Positions 50,406-64,000 of a stretch of DNA of 64,000 bases are shown here, piece after piece. Each line of letters opens with the position of its first letter. Within the stretch, counting starts at the first letter, position 1. Under the pieces are notes generated by a model. It did no database searches and had not been told where the DNA came from. It was given only the letters and a program-made list of their open reading frames with translations. The stretch is from Lama glama (Eukaryota): NCBI GenBank assembly GCA_028534125.1, contig CM052817.1, positions 75,828,001-75,892,000 of the forward strand, read 5' to 3'. Both the position numbers and the translations under genes were made by a program.

Positions 50406-52380
50406 ATAAAAAATGAACTGTGTAATTAGTGGGAAAATAAAATGGAGTTATCCCACTATCAAAATGTAATTTGCATTAAATCTGAAATCAGACATTGGTC
50501 TAATGTAAGAAGAGAAAGGTTTCTTATAGGGAACTGTGTCTAACAGGATCAAATTTTCCCAAAGAATGGTTCACCTCTGTTTTGTAAGCCTGTAGTTCTT
50601 GAATCACTCGTTCAGATGATATTGTGTGAGATTCATGTGAATGTAATTTGACAATTTGACACATCATCTTCACGTATATAAACCAAATGCTTTTATGACA
50701 AAAGAAAATAACTGTTAAATTACCTGTTATCTTCTATAATTTTAATAATCAGAAAGATGTTAAGGTAAGTCAGAAATGGACACAATATGAAATGTTTTTA
50801 AATGTTTTCTTTCACAAAAATCTCTGTTATTTTGTCTCTGTCACACACTTGTCTGCAAATACACACACAGACAAGTCAGACACCATCACAATATGTTATT
50901 TTTATATATTTTATTCCTACTTATCACATCATAGGAGCTGATACTTGTTTGGAAGAAAGATGAAATTTCTATTACTTCATTGGACTGCCCTGAGGGAAAT
51001 TATTTTTCTGCCTCTTTTATAAAATATTCCAGACATAACAAAACACTTTTCTTTCTACAGGGAATCATTGTATTATACAACATCTTTATAATTAAAAAAA
51101 ACTGTAATATATTCCCCAGAGAGCTATGTTGCATTGCTGGTCCTTCAATTTTTTTAAGAGTAAATAAAGACAGATCATTTTTCTCCCTACCACTTTAAAA
51201 AATCATAGAGAAATCTCTAATAGTAAGATTAAGTGACATGAGTTTGATGTCTTCTGTGGATGCTAGAAATCACTTCCATTATTTTATAAGCATAATAAAT
51301 GCCTATGATCATCACATCTTAAAATGTTGAAGAATTCCTACAATGGCTATGCTATGAAAGGCTTAAATATATTTAATTAGTTCAATAGATAAGGAAGTAA
51401 ATTCATCTAATATATGGGTTCTTTACATGCCTCCTACCCCTGAACTGTCATTAAAATAATTATAAATTACCACATGAATATAGATATGCATGTGTACATA
51501 ATATTATCTACCTATTTATCTATCTATCTAGGTATCTATTGAAAGCTATATATTTGTGTGTTTATATCAGAAATAGAAGCAAGAGACTGCATTTAATACA
51601 TAAGCTGCCAACTCTGAATATCTTGCTGAGGTGCAGTTGTGATATTTCTTTATATTTTAGGTTTAAATTTAGAGTACTGCATTCTTTGTTCAATGTTTTA
51701 GAAAATGACTGAGTTTCTTTTCTTGTTTTTCCCCATTGCATCTTAGTCAATAGAGGGACATTTAATTATAGCAGGTTTTCACCTAAATAAACTTAATACT
51801 TTTTCTCTGGAGAAAATTGTAAATTTAAAGCTTAAATAAGTTAAAAATATATTTTTTATTTTTCCACTGCTATAGTAAAAAGAAAATCCATGATTCTGAC
51901 AGAGTTGCATGAAAAGAGCAAAGAAATAGCTTTTCCTAGGTTTTAAAAAAAAAGACTGTAAAATTTTACAAAGTAATTAATTTTAAGTTTTTACTATATC
52001 ATTTATTTATCACTTATTTCTTTGCATTTAAGTAAACGAAAATCCAATCAAAGAAATATCACATCACATCATTACATGCCTTGAGAAATATATTTATAAA
52101 TTGTTTTGTTGAATTGGTCTAGAAAAAAGCATGTATCGCTTTACAGTTCCAAAGTTCGCATTGTGATGATGGCTGTATGTGAAGTTTTTAATCACCTTTT
52201 CACAGCAAAACCATGCAGTTCTCCCATCAATCTAATAAAGTCATATGCGCATTATCTATCTTTCAACCTAAAATATGTGAATAACAGCTGAACTGTTTTA
52301 GTTGGCATTCTACATGTGCAGCACACAGTTTTGATGAAAGAATATATTCTCTGTAGCATAAAGAACAGTTTGAACATAGT

Positions 52381-53057
52381 TGTAGATTATTTGCCTCTAA
52401 TTATTAATAACTGATAGCTGAACTGAAGAGTCTGGCTCTAGGCCAAATCCTACCTGTGATCTTTCAGGACTGACCAGAGAAAATTACCAGGGCTTTTGCT
52501 GACGTGCTTCATGAGGAAAGCTGCCCTCCCTACACCAAAAATGGCGCACAGACAGAGCATTGTAGTCTCTGACAAGAGCTGCATTTAAGCACTCATTCTC
52601 ACCTTGCTGGCCATTCTCTTGTGTGACTGCATTCCTAGCCCCACTGCTTCCTCTCAGAAGCCTCTATTAAGGGCCCTTCCCTGAGGGCTTCCTCAGGTGC
52701 TTCTCCTTATTGTGGAAGAGGAAAGGAACTATCTCAAGACACTTTTTTCCATTCCAACTTACTACGTCTCCACTCCTAGCTCTTTCCATTGCCCCCGGGT
52801 CCATGAAATGACAGGAGTCTTTTGTTTAGAACTCCCTTAGCCATGTGACCATGCCACCCACCCCCATCCGTTTTGATATATTTGACCCACGGTCACACTC
52901 TTCCATGGGGAAAAATGGAACACTGCGGGAGTTAGCACTGTATCTATTTAGTCTCTTGCTATAAATGTTTAAAGGTTTGACTGCTATATTCGTTTTGGCT
53001 TGTCTAATTCTGACACTTGCCAGATCAGCTCTCTCCAGTTCAGCCCAGCTTTTGACA
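52381..53057 (+). mobile_element. Solo LTR, ERVL MER74/MER54-like
   Basis: TG...ACA; GC-richer block; 'gggtccatgaaatgacaggagtcttttgttt', 'ccatggggaaaaatggaac'. Confidence 0.6.
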
Positions 53058-55269
53058 TGTTTGTTCTGTCTCTATTTTACATTAAGCAGAACAGACCAAT
53101 TTAATATACCTAGATTGCAAAATCTCTCAGCCTTCTTCATACAGGCAAAAACTAGTGTCATTCATAAGCCAAACCCTGAGCCCAGTTTTTCACATGTAAA
53201 TTAGGTCAGATTTATCAATTCACTGAGTCAGTTGCTCCCAGACTTAATTTTTATATGTTAAAATGGTCAAGAAAGTTAAACTGATTTCAAAATGAAATCT
53301 TAACTCTAAATCAATGCAAGGGAGAAAATTGCATACATTTTCTGGAGTAAGAGTTCCAAGCAGAAGTTTGTTGAGTCATATCAACAGACAGCTGATCACT
53401 CTAGGAATCCAGTTCAACAACAAAACAAAAACCTATGAGTAGCATCTCATGAAGTTAATGTGAAAGTTAAAACTCACAGTCTGTAAAGTGTAATTATCAT
53501 ATTGCTTGGCACATAATTGGTGTTAATTAAATTTAGCTATTTTAATCAAAATAATTAGTAATAGTAGAATCAAACTGAAGTCTCATTCTTTTGCTCTCTT
53601 CTTGCTCTCATATATCTGAGGAGGTTCCTGTGTCTTCATAATATTAAGATCATTATAAGTCTTTTCTCTATTTTCATTCATTCAACCGCTGACTTTATTA
53701 AGTAAATGATTTTTGAGCTGTTGCTATACACCAGATCCTCAGTAAGGCACTGTGCTGAATTTGTGGCAAAGACACAAGCACACCATTGGAAAATAATATT
53801 TTAATTTAATAACAGGTACATGCATGGATGCACCTACTCTAACACTACTTGGGCCTTTATCACGTGTATTATATTATACAATATACTCAGGGAAATGTAG
53901 CTTATTGATAGCAGCAACTACCAGCTACCCCTCAAGAGCTTTGAGGAAGGAAAAATTGGAGTGGGAAGTCCAGTTCTGCTCATGGAAAGGTAGCTTGTAT
54001 TAGACTTACCACTCACCCAAAAACAATAAAAAATGTAAACAATATAAAAGCAATTATTTTAAGGGATTGGAGAGTAACTGAAGGCAGAATCCTGGCAAAC
54101 AAAAGAAATAGACTGCTGTAAAGGGTTGAATACTTTTTCTCTCCAAAATTCAGATCTACCCAGAACTTCAAAATATGACCTTTTTTGAAAATATTATATC
54201 ACTACATTAATCACCATAAAGATCTTCATTTTGCTCTTTTATAGTCCCACACATTTCTGTCTACCCCACTCGTTTCCTTAACCTCTGGCAAACCCTAAAT
54301 TTTTAATAATCTCCAAGTGTACTTTAATGTACTTCTAGTCTAAATAGACAATGGTATGAAGATTTTGAAGATCTCCATAGTAAGAGGCAAGAGTAGCCTA
54401 GTCTTACTATGTATGTGCTCACAACTCATATTTCATACATGATATGTTATTACTATTTGGGTGAGTCATCAAGTAAGTAAGATGTGAAAACTGCAATTAG
54501 CATGTACTGACACTAATGAAAATAATATACGTTTTCTGGAATACAACATAGTACTGTGAATAAAATTATTTACATGTGATCTAAAAATTATACTACTTTG
54601 TTCGTAATTCATAATCAGATGATATATCCAGAAATACCTTTCATGATGTTCATTGACAAGTGATATATAAAAATAAAAAGCAAGAAAATTTTAAAAGCAT
54701 ATGAATAGGAGATCACAGAAGTTCTATTCTTGAAAATTATGTAACTTGGATAATAATAATCATAATAATACCTAGAACTTGAACTAGTATTATTTAGAGA
54801 TATACTAAGCTGGTGGGACAGGGAGCATGGTAACACTGACCAGGAAACTGCAGAAGGGAACATTTATTATTGTTGGATTTGTCCTGTATCTTCACTGAGT
54901 TACTGATTACTGAATGTAAATATTTATAAAAACTCATTCAATTGTAGATTTACATGGTTTGCATTTTGTAGGTAAGTTATATATAAATAAAGTTGATTTA
55001 AAACATAAAAGCAAAATCTAGGATGTTATCATGATTTTGGAATTAATGGCTTTGAAAAATTTACTTAATTTCTATGAGTTAGTCATAAGCTATAAAAGGA
55101 GAAATTAGACTAATCATTGATAGGGCTATTTTACCAACATCAATATAAAATTAAGATAGTAAAATAATTTGAAGTTAATATATAATGCAATACTAGACAA
55201 AGTAGATGTTATACTAAGGACCTTATTTTGGAGAAGATAAGTAACAGAAAAACAATAATAGAAAAAGAC

Positions 55270-55660
55270 AATTTAAGAAACAGAAAGACTGGTGATTGCT
55301 ACAGGCTAGAGACGAGGGAAATGGGGAGATATTGTTCAATGGATATGAAATTTCAGTTACATAGATGAATGACTTCTAGAGATGTGCCTATAGTTGCCAA
55401 TATCCTATTGAGTACTTAAAACATTTGTTAAAAGGGCAGATTTCATGTTGTGTTCTTACCACACACACGCATAAACCACACAAATCAACAAACAAACAAA
55501 AACCAAAGAGGCACTGGGAAACTTTGGAGGTGATGGGTATTTTTTATTATGATTGTAGTGATAATTTCACAGATATAAGCATATGTCCAAACTCATCGAA
55601 TTGTGTACATTAATACAGATTTTTATAAATCAATTGTACTTCAATAAAGCTTTTTTTAAA
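55270..55660 (+). mobile_element. L1 (L1MA8-10-like) 3' end
   Basis: 'ggaaatggggagatattgttcaatggatatgaaatttcagtta', 'ttctagagat', 'caattgtacttcaataaagct'. Confidence 0.85.
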
Positions 55661-57447
55661 AAAGAAAAAAAGGGACAGTGATGACTTGTTAAGTTGTGTG
55701 CTTAAAAGTTAAAAAAAATTCCTGAGAATTTAAGGTGGTAAATTCACAGAGATAAATTTCCAAGTCTTTGGATTTATGATTGAGTCTCCAAGTTTTATGC
55801 CTATACATGACAGATGGACACAGTGAATGGTATTGCTGGAAAAAGACGAAGAAAAAGATGCGATGAATTACTTATTCATAGACTATACTGGCAGGAACAT
55901 ATCTGCTAAGTCACTGTCTCCTCCACTGCAGACTGTCTTTGATGCATACTGCTTTCCTGAAGAAAATCATTGTCATGTGTTTAATGCACTTCCTTCTGTT
56001 GATCTTGCATGTCCTTTGTTTACAACTTTTTTCATGCTTTTATTTGTCACTGTTAATCATAATTTTTGAACCACAAAAAGAATTGTGTACTACCTCTCTA
56101 TTTTCTCCTGTTATTTTGACATGGGTTATTAGGTCTGTCACTTAGACAATGAGAAAAATAACAGCAGTGAAGTTTATTGTACTTAGAAGTCATTTTTTTA
56201 TATTACTTCCAGCAATGTCTGTTAAAAGTCTGTCCAATGTCTGTTGGGTAGAAATAATAAATCCTCATGGAAAAATATTGAACCATTACAGACAGGACAT
56301 AAGTATGAAATATATTACCATTAATCCCTTTCTCATTTCCAAAGTTCACAATCATTTGGGAGATATTTGTTACAATGATGTATGTGTTTAATTTCATCCA
56401 AATTAGCCTAAAAGAGGTTTGAAATCCTTATAATACATTGAGAATTTAATCCTGCAAAAGAGTTGTGATATACAGTAGAACCTCATGCTTTATAGAATGA
56501 AAATACTTTTGATTATTTGATTTATATCATTGATGTGGAGCTGTATATATCTTCATTATGTCTTTGAAAACACTGAGCACTCTGCTTCTGCATCACTTTG
56601 GCAGCTCCATCAGTTTCCTGTAATGTGGATCTCCAGTGGGCAGCTACTGGAGATCAATGTGTGAAATAACAAGGACTTCTTAGGACTGTAAACCTGTTCT
56701 CTTGAGTATCATTACTATATTTTTCTCCTGTAACAAGGAAATTATGAATACCACTGTTATGGCTGGGTAAGCCAGGCAAAACCTTTATTTCAAGTCTTAA
56801 ACTGAACAGTTTTCACAACTTCTCTGTTGCCAGATTCTATGTTCTGCCAATATATCATCTTTTGGCCAAAGTCCTGTGCCAAACGGATTTACTACATTTT
56901 AATTATAAGCATCCTTGCGTCACTTTCCTTGATAGATTACTCATTTGCTTAAGGAAGTCTAGGTATCAAAATTTTCATAATACATTGTTAAATCTCAACA
57001 TTCTCTTGTGGCAAAAGTAACTAGATGTTTGGAAAAAATCTGTGTCCCCTTGCCTCAAACTACTGAACCAGCCAAGGACTGTATTTCTTACTCCTTGCTT
57101 CTAGGGTGACTTCTTCTCACAGTGAAAAGTAAACATCAGAAATGTTTGTTTTCTATCTTAAGATGGTAAGGTCTGCATTTGTCTTCCTGCTGTTCCCTTT
57201 TGTGCCCACTGGATGTTGACAAAAAATTTGAAAGCCATATATTGACGATATCAGAAATTCTGAAATATTCTACCCCTAAATAACTGTGTGAAATAGAGTC
57301 CACTAGGTCTCTGCCACTCCTGCTACAGAACAGGAACACCTGCTTTTGATTTTAGCTAATGGAAAAATAAATTTTTGTTGCATTAAGTCACAAAAAGTTG
57401 GAGATTATCAATATCTTGGTTTAAATCAATTAATACAATACTAAAAC

Positions 57448-57473
57448 TATATTATTATTATTATTATTATTAT
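57448..57473. repeat. (TAT)n microsatellite
   Basis: Visible ATT triplet run. Confidence 0.85.
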
Positions 57474-58785
57474 CTTTTAAAAATTTTATTCAGTAGAAAG
57501 TAACTTGGGGTAATTGTCATATCTTTGATGATCTAAGTAGAGAAACTTCATTAATTCTTGCCTCTACTTGCTAATCTCAGTAGATAACATCTTATTGAAT
57601 CAGATTTCATGAATATAATCATGAATATAAGTTTGGGGTGACATTTAATTTTTGAAAAACTGAAAAATAAAACTTTCACACAGAGTTTTCTGAGCAAAAA
57701 ATACTGTAAAATAGCATAGGTGTATGTAAACCTCACTGCAAAAGCAAGATATTTGGAGAACTTTAGCAACATAGCAGTACAGAGTATAGAGAAGTCAAAT
57801 TCCAACATTAGTGGGGACTAGTTTTAACTTCTTTTATTAGCTGGGTTACAGGAGTGAGTCACTTTATTTCTGTCTTTTGTTATTTAAAAAATAAAAATAC
57901 ATTAACTGTGCCTTTCTATAATATGTGGTTATAAAAGTTAAGAATAATTTAAAGTGTTTAGCAAAGTGGCTATCACATATTAATAGTCAATAAATATTAT
58001 TGTTAAGATTTTATTATTAATAATAATTTGCATGCAAATAGATAATAAAACTTAAAAATAATTCACATGTCCACTTACAGTGATCAACTTACTTCTTAGA
58101 AATATTTCATTAGTAGTTCAAATTGCTTTAAGCATTTGGAAGTAGTAAATTTTTATCTTTTTTAAATTTCGTAAAACAGTTTTCCTATTTACCATTTTAG
58201 TAAAATTCAACACACTTGTGAATTTATATTTATCTATAAATACATATACAAAAGCACATACATATATATATTTTTGAATTTTAATTCTATTTAAAATCAC
58301 TTCTTTGAAGGAGGTAGCAAATGGTATACAAAAGTTGATGAAATGTAGTATTTGCTGTTATGTGCCAAAAGATACAGTGAGAACATGGTAATTATAATTT
58401 TAGGTAATTGATTAATCTTGAAAAGACTGATGGGAAAATTATGATAGAAGTAGACATTCCTTTGGGAAGTGTAGTCACATGTAGTAAATAATAATGTAAG
58501 TAAATGGAGATGTAGACTTATACATACGTAAGTGGAGATTTGTCATATGATATTTTAAGAAATAACATAAATAACCTAAACAACCTTTTATTACCGTCCA
58601 GAAATACCAATATTGACATTATAAATATATCTGCAACATATTTACTGGAAAAGATGTTGTATCTTTGGAAGCACTTATTAAAACGTATCTCCTTGTTGTT
58701 CTCACCTTAATTTCTGCATCATTTTCCACAAATAAGAAAAAAAGAATGTTTCATGATTTGGAGGTAAATTCTTCTCCCAACTCTT

Positions 58786-59605
58786 TTTTTTTTTTAATTG
58801 AAAGATTTGTCAGTTTCTGGTGCACAGCATGTTTCAGACATACATATACATATATTTGTTTTCATATTCTTTTTCATTATAGGATACTATAAGATATTGG
58901 ATATAGTTCCCTGTGCTATACAAAAGAAATTTGTTTTTTTATCTACTTTATATATAGTAATTAATATTTGCAAACCTCAAACTCCCAATTTATCCGTTCA
59001 CACCCCTTTACCTCCCAGTAACCATAAGTTTGTTTACTATGTCTGTGAGTCTGTTTCTGTTTTGTAGATAATTTATTTTCCTTTCTCTTTCTGGCTTACT
59101 TCATTTAGAATGTTGATCTCCAGGTCCATCAATGTTGCTGCAAATGGCTCTTTCTGGCTTACTTCATTTAGAATGTCGATCTCCAGGTCCATCTATGTTG
59201 CTGCAAATGGCTCTTTTTGGCTTACTTCATTTAGAATGTCGATCTCCAGGTCCATCTATGTTGCTGCAAATGGCATTATTTTACTCTTTTTTATGCCTGA
59301 GTAGTATTCCATTGTATAAATATACCACAGTTTCTTTATCCAGTCATCTGTTGATAGATAGACACTTAGGTTTTTCATGTCTTGGCTATTGTATATAGTG
59401 CTGCTATGAACATTTAGGTACATGTATCTTTTTGAATTAGAGTTGTTTCCAGATAAATGCCCAAGAGTGGGATTGCTGGATCATATGGTAAGTCTATTTT
59501 TAGTTTTTTGAGGAACCTCCAAACTGTTTTCCATAATGGCTGCACCAAACTACATTCCCACCAACAGTGTAGGAGGGTTCCCTTTTCTCCACACCCTCCG
59601 TAGCA
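58786..59605 (-). mobile_element. Young 5'-truncated L1 (camelid/cetartiodactyl type) with internal 63-bp triplication
   Basis: Poly-T tail from 58786; perfect 16-bp TSD TCTTCTCCCAACTCTT at 58770-58785 and 59606-59621; ORF2 C-terminal and 3' UTR sequence. Confidence 0.95.
59085..59273. repeat. 3 x 63-bp tandem repeat inside L1
   Basis: Units 59085-59147, 59148-59210 and 59211-59273, differing at 1-3 positions. Confidence 0.97.
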
Positions 59606-60019
59606 TCTTCTCCCAACTCTTCAACTATGATGGAAGTACTCCCTCTGTTTCAAGAGTGAATATTAGAAAGTGAAAACCAAAAGAGCAATTTGTTAATCCA
59701 ATCCTGTTTAACATAATGAAAATTTTGTCAACACTAATTAAAGTATCTTCCTCTTGTAGGCATCTTTTTAGAACATTTTTAGTACTATTTGTTGAGAAGA
59801 CTTTCTTTTTAACCAATAAATTTGCTCTAGCATCTCTGTTGAAATACTTTGATAATATGTGTGTGGATCCATTTTTCTCCCTCTCATTCCTTGCATTAAT
59901 CTGTAATGAATATTTTATTGAGTTGTTGGTTATGCTTTTATTATTGTTAAAGAAATGTAAGCTGCTGAAAATGAAAATTAGTATTCTTGACTTAGCAATC
60001 AAAATGTAAGGCCTCTCTA

Positions 60020-61030
60020 ATGTTTTAATTCTACTTTCTGCTTATCCAACTTCCATGCTATTGTTGCTGGATATTTGAATTTTGTATATATTTTATCATA
60101 TAAAACCATAACCATAAGATATCATTGTTTTATATGTTAGTATTTATTTAGATTTACTCTCATTTTTAGTCTTTTTATTTTTCTTAATTCCTTCATCAAA
60201 AATGAGCTTCATTTTGAGTTCATTTTCCATTTTTCTGAAGGATGCTTTGATATTTTGCAATTTTGATGCAGTTCTGCTAAAATCTTTCAATATTTGTTTC
60301 ATTCTTGAAAGATACTATCAAAAGACACAAAATTATAAGTCAGCAGGGATTTTATTTCAGCTTTTTGAAAGATAATAGTCCATTGCTTTTTGTTCTACAT
60401 TGTTTTCATAGGGAAATAATCTTTTTTATCTGTTGTCTGTTTGAAGGTAACCTACCTTTTTTTCCCTTGGCTGTCTTAATGTTTTCCTCTTTATTTTGAC
60501 TTTTGGTAGTTTTATGATGTACCTCAATATGATTTTATTCATTTTCCTTGGTTTATAAGGTTTCTTCTTTTTAGCTTTAAGATTAATATCAAAAAATTCT
60601 GTCATTATCTTTTCAAATATTTCTCTACCCTGGTCATTGCCTCATCTCTTTCTGAAAAGTCAATGAACAATATTCTAGACTTTCTCATTTTATTGTCTTT
60701 GTCTGTAATCAGAATCACATGTTGCATTCACTTGGCAAATCTCCGATTTCTAGTTTAATCCTGAAATAGGAACTCTGTGGCAACAAAGAGATCCTGAAAT
60801 CTTTGCTAAGCTTTTTAACCTCACATCTCTAGCTTTCCACTGTGCTTCTTAGAGTCTTAGCCTACACATGAATGAGTTTTGGAGTCAGTTATCATTTTAA
60901 GGAGAATTTATACAGAGATTTCAGAATTCACCCTTCTAAATCTTCCTCCCTAATTTCCTATCATTCTGATAGTTCAAACATCAGTTCAAACTCCTTAGTT
61001 CATTATCTTTACTGTTTCAATATCAATATC
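60020..61030 (-). mobile_element. Old L1 ORF1/inter-ORF fragment
   Basis: 'attcttgaaagata', 'tttatttcagctttttgaaagataatagtccattg', 'tgtttgaaggtaa', 'cattatcttttcaaatattt'. Confidence 0.65.
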
Positions 61031-61638
61031 CTGGTTGTGATATTGAACTGTAGTTTGCAAGATGCTACCATTCTAGGAAACAGAGTAATAAACATACACA
61101 AGCTGTAGAACTACAAGTATCTCAAAAAAAAAAAGTTTAATTAAAAAAAATCTAGAGGAGAGAGCCCCTGCCAGAACTAAAATTCCATAAAATTCCAGAT
61201 ACCCTCAGACTTAGATCCATTATCGTCATTGAAAAGAAAAACTTCCAGATTACTCTGATATATAACAAAATTTATGAACCACTGAATAATGTTGTTAAAA
61301 ATTACTTTAAACTTAACCAAGTTTCAATAGATATGTAATATAATTGTTTGATCTAACTGGAAAACTCCTTATATATCTTTGCTTGTTTGTTTTTCTTTAT
61401 TGGGAACAGATGTATGTGTAAATCTGGTGGCCACAAGGATCCCTTCAGGGTTTGCATATAGCTCAGAATACTCTTGATTGCTCTTGCTCAAAATGAATCC
61501 AGTGTGAATAAAGATTTCTGAGAAGTGGAAGAGAGGAGATATTAAACCCTGTTTTATCATGTAAATTCATCAGAGAGACTTACCTAAAAGCCAAATATAC
61601 CAAAAAAGGGTAGAGATATACAGGGTGTGCTATTTTAC

Positions 61639-61662
61639 TAAAAAAAAAAAAAAAAAAAAAAA
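61639..61662. repeat. Poly-A tract (~23 A)
   Basis: Visible run. Confidence 0.9.
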
Positions 61663-63409
61663 GGAAATGACCAGACAGGAAAAGAAGCTAGATTTGGAAC
61701 CAGTTACCTCTGAAGAATTTAGTGTTTCTTTTATTGGTTTTTGTCAAGAAAAGAGCTCAGTCCTATTATGTTGGAATAAATAATACTTACCTATTCAAAA
61801 CAGTAAGTAAAGGAGACATTGAGAACATAGTCTCCCTCTGTAGGACAGCTAAATAAGATTCAGTTAGAGTGAAAAACTGGAGGGCACGAAAACCTATGTA
61901 TAACATCTAGGCATGTATTAAAATGTATGAGAGTAAGACTCTTAACAGAATTTGTATAGATTTTTAAGCAGAAAGATTGACAGTTTTAAAAAGGGGTTGG
62001 GTGGGAAACTAAAAAATTGCAACACAAAACAAGCAAATCAGGTTTTAAAATATAAATAACCAACAAAAATTCATTTAGTAGAAAAATAATAGCAAAAACA
62101 GATATTTCTATATAGGGCACAATTTTGTATACAGTTTCATTAACTGATAATACTTACATGTTAATAAACTTCAAGACAGAAAAAAGCTGTTAGAAGTTTT
62201 GTATTTGTCAAATAAATTAGGTATAAAAGAATTAAGGATGAAAAATATGAAATTATTAAGTATTTTATTTGTAAGAAATATCTCAAATGGTATATCATGA
62301 ACCTGGGTAATATACCTTTAAATCAACTTAGAACATGCAAAAGCACTAATCCATATTAAGTAAATGAAAGTATCAATTAATCCCAATACATAAAACTTGC
62401 TATATATCTTATAATATAATAGATGCATAATTGAAAATGGAGATATTAAAACAAGTCTTATTTAATACAAAGTTCAAAGGAAAAGTCAAGTTTATAATAT
62501 AATCAATTAATGTAAATATTAAAATAACTCCACATCATTAAAAAAATTAATCTCAAAGAGAAGGTCAAGTTCATAATAAAACAAATCATGGAAATCATTA
62601 CAATATGAAAATACTTATGAGAACTAAGGGAATTTAGTTACTTTCTGAAGATAAGTGCATTGGTTTAAGTGTCTTTAATATTAAAATAAGAAGAATGTTG
62701 ATTGAAGTCCTTTGGGTAGTTATGCTTTTCAAATAAATTTTTCCATTTTGTGGTAGCTGTTAATGCAGGAAAAGAAAATTTAATGTTCATTTTCTGGACT
62801 GTGGGCTATGGTATCAAAATAAGTATTCTAATTCAAATCACATTTATTCTGGTCAGTGCTGGATTCTGTATAAGAAGTTTGACCATCTAGTCTTTCAAAA
62901 ATCATGGATAGCAAAATCAGTGGGAAGGACAGCTCAGTCACCACACACAACCTATTTTCAGAAGATGGTTTTAGAATTGTTTGGACCTCAAACAAACATT
63001 TCTCCAACTTTAGCCTATGAGTGTTGTTCTCCCAAGATGACTCTGCTAGATCCCATAAAGTAACAATAGCCTTATTAAGCTGAAAATTAGACTGACTGTT
63101 TTTCACATTTGTTAACTGTGAAAATTATACTAATAAATAAATCTCTTTCCCCAAATACACACATTACGATATCTTCAGACTTTTGTCATGGCTTCTAAGG
63201 ATTCAACCGTCTTGGACGCTTTTCTCATGTGCAACCTTCAGATAACTTCCCAATCTCTTTTCTTGTGGTGCAAGGAGACTTGTGACAATAAATAGTTTAA
63301 GACTTGACTATCTCACAAACGTCAAAAGCTAACCAGGAAGTATGTGAGATGCAAAAGTGAGAACAAGAACGTGATGTAGCAAATACTAAAGTACTCTTTT
63401 CTCCCAAAC

Positions 63410-63920
63410 AAAGTCATGTTATTTCCTGGGACACAATACTTCCCAAAACTAGCATTTCAATAATACTTTCCAATAACTCACTTTGCTTGAAGGAGACTGG
63501 CTAGCAGCTCCTCTAATCCATTCCTCTTCTTCATCAGTATACAGTTGAATTGATTTTTCAGGCTCTTGGCAAATTATTCACGGCCACATAAATGTGTACT
63601 ATTTGATGTGATATAAGGCTTATTAAAATCATCACATCTAAATCACTATGATCTTTTTATTTATATCCAAGGGCAGATGAGCTAAGCCATCTGGGGATGG
63701 CTGAGCCACAAACTGGAAGGATCTAATTCTATGTGGATTATGATTCCTAATGAATTTATGATTCTTTATAAATCATCAATTAAAGGAACACTGCCTGCTG
63801 ATCAGAAACACTGTTTTGGAGTTTACATGAGAATATAAGAAAATTCTAATGTTCTCTTTTGTTTGAACAAACATAACTTTATGTTTGTAGGCTATAACAT
63901 TTAGCATTATCATAACTATT
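63410..63920 (+). mobile_element. MLT1J-like MaLR LTR remnant
   Basis: 'tttcctgggacaca', 'gatggctgagccacaaactggaagga', 'gagtttacatgagaa'. Confidence 0.5.
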
Positions 63921-64000
63921 ATATTAGGCCAACCTAATTACTATTATAAAACCATTGTTTTATCTTTTTTTGGAAATGAGTTAATTGTCTCAAATAGAAA

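Noticed and set aside
56628..56655. 10-bp inverted repeat GATCTCCAGT...ACTGGAGATC as miRNA or terminator
   Set aside because: Stem too short for a pre-miRNA and no supporting context.
59085..59273. CRISPR-like array
   Set aside because: Head-to-tail units with no spacers, made of L1 ORF2 sequence in a mammalian genome.
62828..63106. 92-aa minus-strand ORF / terminal exon
   Set aside because: No recognisable domain, non-ATG start, length compatible with chance.

Overview
AT-rich, CpG-poor mammalian genomic DNA with no recognisable protein-coding exon or CpG island; it reads as a gene desert or a very large intron. A tRNA-Ala-derived SINE resembling camelid Vic-1 and the style of the young L1 3' ends point to a camelid genome (inference from recalled repeat consensus). 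Most recognisable content is transposable-element debris: old L1, L2, MIR, MLT1/ERVL LTRs, Tigger1 and MER58. The main structured feature is a ~4 kb decayed class I endogenous retrovirus on the minus strand (~12.1-16.2 kb). Gag (MA, CA, CCHC knuckle), protease, RT and RNase H are all readable, after which it appears to jump into a 3' LTR remnant. Other clear structures: several solo LTRs, two young L1 insertions with perfect target-site duplications (one only 49 bp, one with an in-frame 63-bp triplication), local duplications, and a 500-N assembly gap. I found no convincing novel biological system; splice-motif and enhancer candidates are speculative. Repeat family names come from memory of consensus sequences, not a search, and boundaries of old repeats are approximate.
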